Shown here: positions 60,132 to 64,000 of the stretch, piece by piece
Numbering within the stretch: the stretch's first letter is position 1
Layout of the letters: every line of letters starts with the position of its first letter
Assembly: GCA_963771275.1 (NCBI GenBank)
Contig: CAVYSW010000003.1
Span: 832,001-896,000, forward strand
Source: an uncultured Gemmatimonadales bacterium
GTDB lineage: Bacteria; Gemmatimonadota; Gemmatimonadetes; Gemmatimonadales; GWC2-71-9
Length of the DNA: 64,000 nucleotides
Reading direction: 5' to 3'
The notes under the pieces: model-generated
Seen by the model: the letters and a program-made list of their open reading frames with translations, nothing else
What the model was told of the DNA's origin: nothing
Databases searched by the model: none
Position numbers and translations under genes: made by a program

Positions 60132-60247
60132 TCGCACGTCTCTGGCACGGCGCCGTCCCCCGCCCGAAGGCGGACGCGTATGACGACGCGTTCTTGGTGG
60201 AGCGCGAGCCGACCGTGACGCATTACGAGGTGCTGGCGGCGCCGTGA
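60128..60247 (+). pseudogene. Antibiotic biosynthesis monooxygenase-like gene with internal deletion
   Basis: MIARLWHG...KADAY joined directly to DDAFLVEREPTVTHYEV (39 aa). Confidence 0.55.
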
Positions 60248-60275
60248 ACGGGGCCGCATCGACTGCGTCGCGCTT

Positions 60276-61214
60276 TCACCGCCCTTCGATCAGTCCCTCC
60301 ATCTTCACCACCTCGAAATCCGAGCCGCTGAGGCGCTTCATCGTGTCGATGTTGGCGTCGTTCCACCGCGGGTCCGGCGCGCCGCTCACGAAGAACCCGC
60401 CCCCGTTGTCGGCGAGGAACATCCCGTACGCCTTGAGCGCGGTGAGAATGACGCGGACCTCCGGCGGAAACCCCGCGATGTCGACGCTCGCCTTGAGTCG
60501 CACCCGCATCCCCATGGGCGGCAGGTTCGGGTCCGTGCTGCTGCTGGCATAGTGCCTGGCCGGCGGCACGTACGCCCGGCGCGTGGCGGGACAGGTGAAC
60601 CGGAGCGCGTGGGTGATTGCTCCTGCAATCACCGCCTCATCGTACCGTGCGAGGCCGGGGAAGATCGGGAGGCCGGCCGCGTCGGCCGACGTCCAGCCCT
60701 CGGGCCGGAGTGCGTTCGAGGAGAGATCGAACACCGCGCCGGAGCCGGCCTGCCAGCTCGCCCCGCCGTTCACGGGATGGGCGTCGAACAACTCGTAGAG
60801 CCTCCAGGCATCCACGTCGATCACCAGGACGTGGCGGTCTCCGGTCGCACCTGCCCCGCCCTCGATCGGCGCGTCGGGCGGGATGGGATAGGGACCGGGA
60901 TCGCTCTCGTCGGCGTAGTCGAACGTGATGGGAACCCGCTGCGCGGTGCCGCGCACCGTGACGAACGGGATGCCCCACGGCGCGCCGTCGTACGTCGTGC
61001 CGAAATCGGGGTGCAGGCTCCGCGTGGCGCCGCAGGCGGCGATCAGGTTGTCGGAGTTGGGATCGACCGGATCCGCCGAGATGTCGCGATTCCACGGATT
61101 GTCGAGCGGAAACACCGTGCGCGACGGCAATGGCGGCGGCTCGGTTCCCGCGCCCGGGTCCAGCGCGTCGCGGCACGCAGTCAGGACGCCGAGGGTCACG
61201 AGGAGGGCGGGCAT
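60276..61214 (-). CDS. Hypothetical lipoprotein
   Basis: VLTAC lipobox; FPLDNPWNRDIS, GDRH, GWTSADAAGLP, YGMFLADNG. Confidence 0.75.
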   Translation of the reverse strand: MPALLVTLGVLTACRDALDPGAGTEPPPLPSRTVFPLDNPWNRDISADPVDPNSDNLIAACGATRSLHPDFGTTYDGAPWGIPFVTVRGTAQRVPITFDYADESDPGPYPIPPDAPIEGGAGATGDRHVLVIDVDAWRLYELFDAHPVNGGASWQAGSGAVFDLSSNALRPEGWTSADAAGLPIFPGLARYDEAVIAGAITHALRFTCPATRRAYVPPARHYASSSTDPNLPPMGMRVRLKASVDIAGFPPEVRVILTALKAYGMFLADNGGGFFVSGAPDPRWNDANIDTMKRLSGSDFEVVKMEGLIEGR

Positions 61215-61338
61215 CACGCGGCGCGGAATCACCGTCCCAACATGCACAATGCTCGGGTCCCGGGTCGGTGACGTCGCGCACACTGACGCGCGGGCCGGCT
61301 CGTGCCGGGGACTCGGATTCGGGGTATTCTACGATGCC

Positions 61339-62136
61339 ATGCGCGCGCCTTGTCTCGCCCTGCTGATTCCCGCGGTCGTCGCGGCTCAGACCCCTCCGGG
61401 CCTCGCGGCCGAACGGGCGGATTTCGCCCGCTGGCTCGAGACGTCGCCCACCTCACCGTTCGCGGCCATCTATCACCAGCCGCTCGCAGATCAGCTCGTG
61501 CTCGGCCCCGGCGGCGATGCCGCGCTCAGCGGCCTTCCCGCGGCCACCCTGCGTCAGGGCCGGCGGGGGCTCATGCTCGAGGCCGCCGGGACCACCCGTG
61601 CCGTCCCGCGGAACCGCGACGTGCAGTTCGGCGCATGGTACCTGCGGGTGAGCGGCGAGCGCGGGAACAGCATCGTGACCGTCTATGGGCCGACCCGGAA
61701 TTTCCGGGCACCCGGCTGGTACCGCTACGTGGCCGATCTCGTGGTGGACGGGACCATCGAGCCGCCCGCGCGGCGCGAGTCGCGCCGCATGCTGGGGCTC
61801 GATGGCGTCGAGGTCGAAGCCTCGCTTGCGGGGACGTTCGTCGCGCGGGTGGGCGGGGCACCAGTGCGCCTCACCGTCTATCGCCTGCCCGAGCCGGGGA
61901 CTGAGGAATCGGACCTCACGGTCTTCTTCCGCGACGCGACCAATGGTCAGGGAACGTATCCCGCCGGTCGGTTTCTCGCGCTCCGCCCTCTCGGCGGGCC
62001 TCGCTATCGCGTGGATTTCAACCGGGCCCGGAACCCGTTCTGCGCGTACAACGGGATCTTCCCCTGCCCACTCCCCTGGTCCGGTAACGCGATCGCCGCC
62101 CCGATCCCGGCCGGAGAACGGTACGTGACGAAATGA
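61339..62136 (+). CDS. DUF1684-family protein
   Basis: FFRDATNGQGTYPAGRFL, DFNRARNPFCAY, CPLP. Confidence 0.85.
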   Translation: MRAPCLALLIPAVVAAQTPPGLAAERADFARWLETSPTSPFAAIYHQPLADQLVLGPGGDAALSGLPAATLRQGRRGLMLEAAGTTRAVPRNRDVQFGAWYLRVSGERGNSIVTVYGPTRNFRAPGWYRYVADLVVDGTIEPPARRESRRMLGLDGVEVEASLAGTFVARVGGAPVRLTVYRLPEPGTEESDLTVFFRDATNGQGTYPAGRFLALRPLGGPRYRVDFNRARNPFCAYNGIFPCPLPWSGNAIAAPIPAGERYVTK

Positions 62137-63374
62137 CCCGGTTTCCACGTTGGGCCCTCGCGGCGGTAGTGGCCGCGGGAGCGGCGACAGGGACGGCATG
62201 TACGCGTGGCGAGGAACGCGTTCCGGCGTACCTCGACGGGCCGTGGCGTGCCGTGCTCGACCTGGCGGGCGGCCCGCTGCGATTCCGCATCGACCTCGCA
62301 AGGCAGGACGACCGCCTCGGCGGCCGGCTCTGCAACGCCGACGCGTGCAATGACTTCTCGTCGATCTTCTGGGTCGCGGGGTTTCGCGATTCCGTGATCT
62401 TCGAGATGGCCGACTACGCCGCCACGATCCGCGCGCGGGTGACCAATGACTCCCTGACGGGCTTCTACCACAACATCGGTAACCGCGGACCCCGCACGAT
62501 CCCGTTCCATGCGAGCCGCGGCACCTGGCCCGTGGAGCCGCCGCCCGCGGACCTGGTCGGACGCTGGGACGCCACCTTCAATCCGGCGGAGCAGCCGAGC
62601 CGGCGCGTCATCGAGCTGAGGCGCACCGAGCGTGGCCTCGAAGGGACGATCATCTCGAACAGCGGCGACTACGGGCTCTTCTGGGGCGCTGCTAGCGCCG
62701 ACTCGCTCAGCATGGCGCACTTCGACGGTTCGTTCGTCTATCTGCTCACCGGCCGGCTCGCAGGCGACACGCTGCGGGGCACGTTCCACGCGGGGCTCCG
62801 GAGCCAGACCCCGTTCGTGGCCGTGCGGGCGACCGGCCGGCCGTTTCTCACGCCCCCCACCGAGGTCGTCCACGCCACCGCCACCGACCGGTTCCAGTTC
62901 GCATTCCCGAGCGTGGACGGCGGCATGGTGACGAGCGACGATCCGCAGTTTCGCGGCAAGGTCGTGATCGTGGAGGTGTTCGGGACGTGGTGTCCCACCT
63001 GTCACGACGCGGCGCCGACCCTCGTGGACCTCTACCGGCGCTACCACGAGCGAGGGCTCGAGATCGTCGGTCTGGCCTATGAGGTCACCGGCGATTCGGC
63101 CACGGACGGCGCGCTCGTGCGGCGCTTCCGCGAGAAGTTCGGGATCCAGTTTCCGCTGCTCCTCGCAGGCGTGAACGACGACGCGTCGCCCGCCGCGACG
63201 CTGCCGCAGCTCTCCGGGCCGATCGCCTTTCCCACGACCGTCTTCCTCGACCGCGCGGGGCACGTGCGCTTGGTGCACGCCGGCTTCTACGGACCGGCGA
63301 CCGGCGCGGCCTACGACGGCCTGCGCCGCGAGTTCGCACAGACCGTAGAGCGGCTGCTGGCCGAAGGGCAGTAG
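62133..63374 (+). CDS. TlpA-like thioredoxin-fold lipoprotein
   Basis: GTWCPTC, AFPTTVFLDR. Confidence 0.88.
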   Translation: MTRFPRWALAAVVAAGAATGTACTRGEERVPAYLDGPWRAVLDLAGGPLRFRIDLARQDDRLGGRLCNADACNDFSSIFWVAGFRDSVIFEMADYAATIRARVTNDSLTGFYHNIGNRGPRTIPFHASRGTWPVEPPPADLVGRWDATFNPAEQPSRRVIELRRTERGLEGTIISNSGDYGLFWGAASADSLSMAHFDGSFVYLLTGRLAGDTLRGTFHAGLRSQTPFVAVRATGRPFLTPPTEVVHATATDRFQFAFPSVDGGMVTSDDPQFRGKVVIVEVFGTWCPTCHDAAPTLVDLYRRYHERGLEIVGLAYEVTGDSATDGALVRRFREKFGIQFPLLLAGVNDDASPAATLPQLSGPIAFPTTVFLDRAGHVRLVHAGFYGPATGAAYDGLRREFAQTVERLLAEGQ

Positions 63375-63496
63375 CGCCGCGCGCCTCACGGCGATCTCAC
63401 GGCCCCTTCACGTACGCCTCCCTACCCTGCCACCGTCAGGGGGCGGCAATGGCTGCGCCACGCGTGGCGGACCCGCCCTCGCGTTCCGGAGGACCA

Positions 63497-63931
63497 ATGA
63501 AGAAGGTGACCAAGAAGCAGCTCATCGCTGGGCTCAACGAGGATCTCGCCGGCGAGCTCGGCGCGATCATCCAGTATCTCACGTACGCGGCCAAGGCCAC
63601 GGGCCCTTACCGTCCGCAGCTCGCGCAGTTCTACCTCGCCGAGGTGGCCGACGAGCAGCTGCACGCCCAGTTCCTCGCGAACAAGATCGTGGCCCTGGGC
63701 GGTGAGCCGGCCACCACGCCGCGCCCCGTGCCGCCGGCCACGACGAACCGCGCCATGCTCGAAGCCGTGCTGGCCGCCGAGCGGCGGGCGGTGGCGGACT
63801 ATACCAGCCGGGCCCAGCAGGCCGAGGCGTTCGGCGACAAGGGTCTTACGGTGCAGCTCGAGGACATGGTGCGGGACGAGAGCGGCCACTCCGAGGAAAC
63901 CGAGCGGATCCTGCGAGACTGGCCGCTCTGA
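63497..63931 (+). CDS. Ferritin-like (bacterioferritin-like) protein
   Basis: ELGAIIQY, DEQLHA, AERRA, DESGH; GGAGG RBS. Confidence 0.82.
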   Translation: MKKVTKKQLIAGLNEDLAGELGAIIQYLTYAAKATGPYRPQLAQFYLAEVADEQLHAQFLANKIVALGGEPATTPRPVPPATTNRAMLEAVLAAERRAVADYTSRAQQAEAFGDKGLTVQLEDMVRDESGHSEETERILRDWPL

Positions 63932-64000
63932 AGCGGGGCGCTGACCAGAGGAGCGGGTTGCCAGATGCTCGGCCTCGCGATCTGGTGCCCGGGTTGGAGC

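Overview
GC-rich bacterial DNA. The gene content (6-bladed propeller lipoproteins, Ser/Thr kinase-TPR, GWxTD and DUF5916 proteins) suggests Gemmatimonadota, which is an inference. Positions ~1.37-21.6 kb form an integron gene-cassette array with about 12 intact, split or decayed attC sites and a putative attI, but no integrase lies in the window. Cargo includes candidate anti-phage genes (an NDT/TIR-like protein, an RloC-like ABC ATPase with a small partner, a J-domain/propeller protein), three toxin-antitoxin cassettes and lipoproteins. All five insertion sequences in the window sit inside attC sites: four IS110/IS1111-family and one IS481-like. For three IS110-family elements the non-coding end contains readable guide segments matching both the attC target and the element's own circle junction, i.e. 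bridge/seek RNAs programmed against attC. The clearest is an IS621-like element at 4215-5373. The rest (21.6-64 kb) is ordinary chromosome: rsgA, transporters, a CXXC/RAPP leader gene before a TonB-dependent receptor, a MazEF-like pair and an arabinose/xylose cluster without araA. Several genes are frameshifted or internally deleted. All calls come from reading motifs by eye; no database searches were run.
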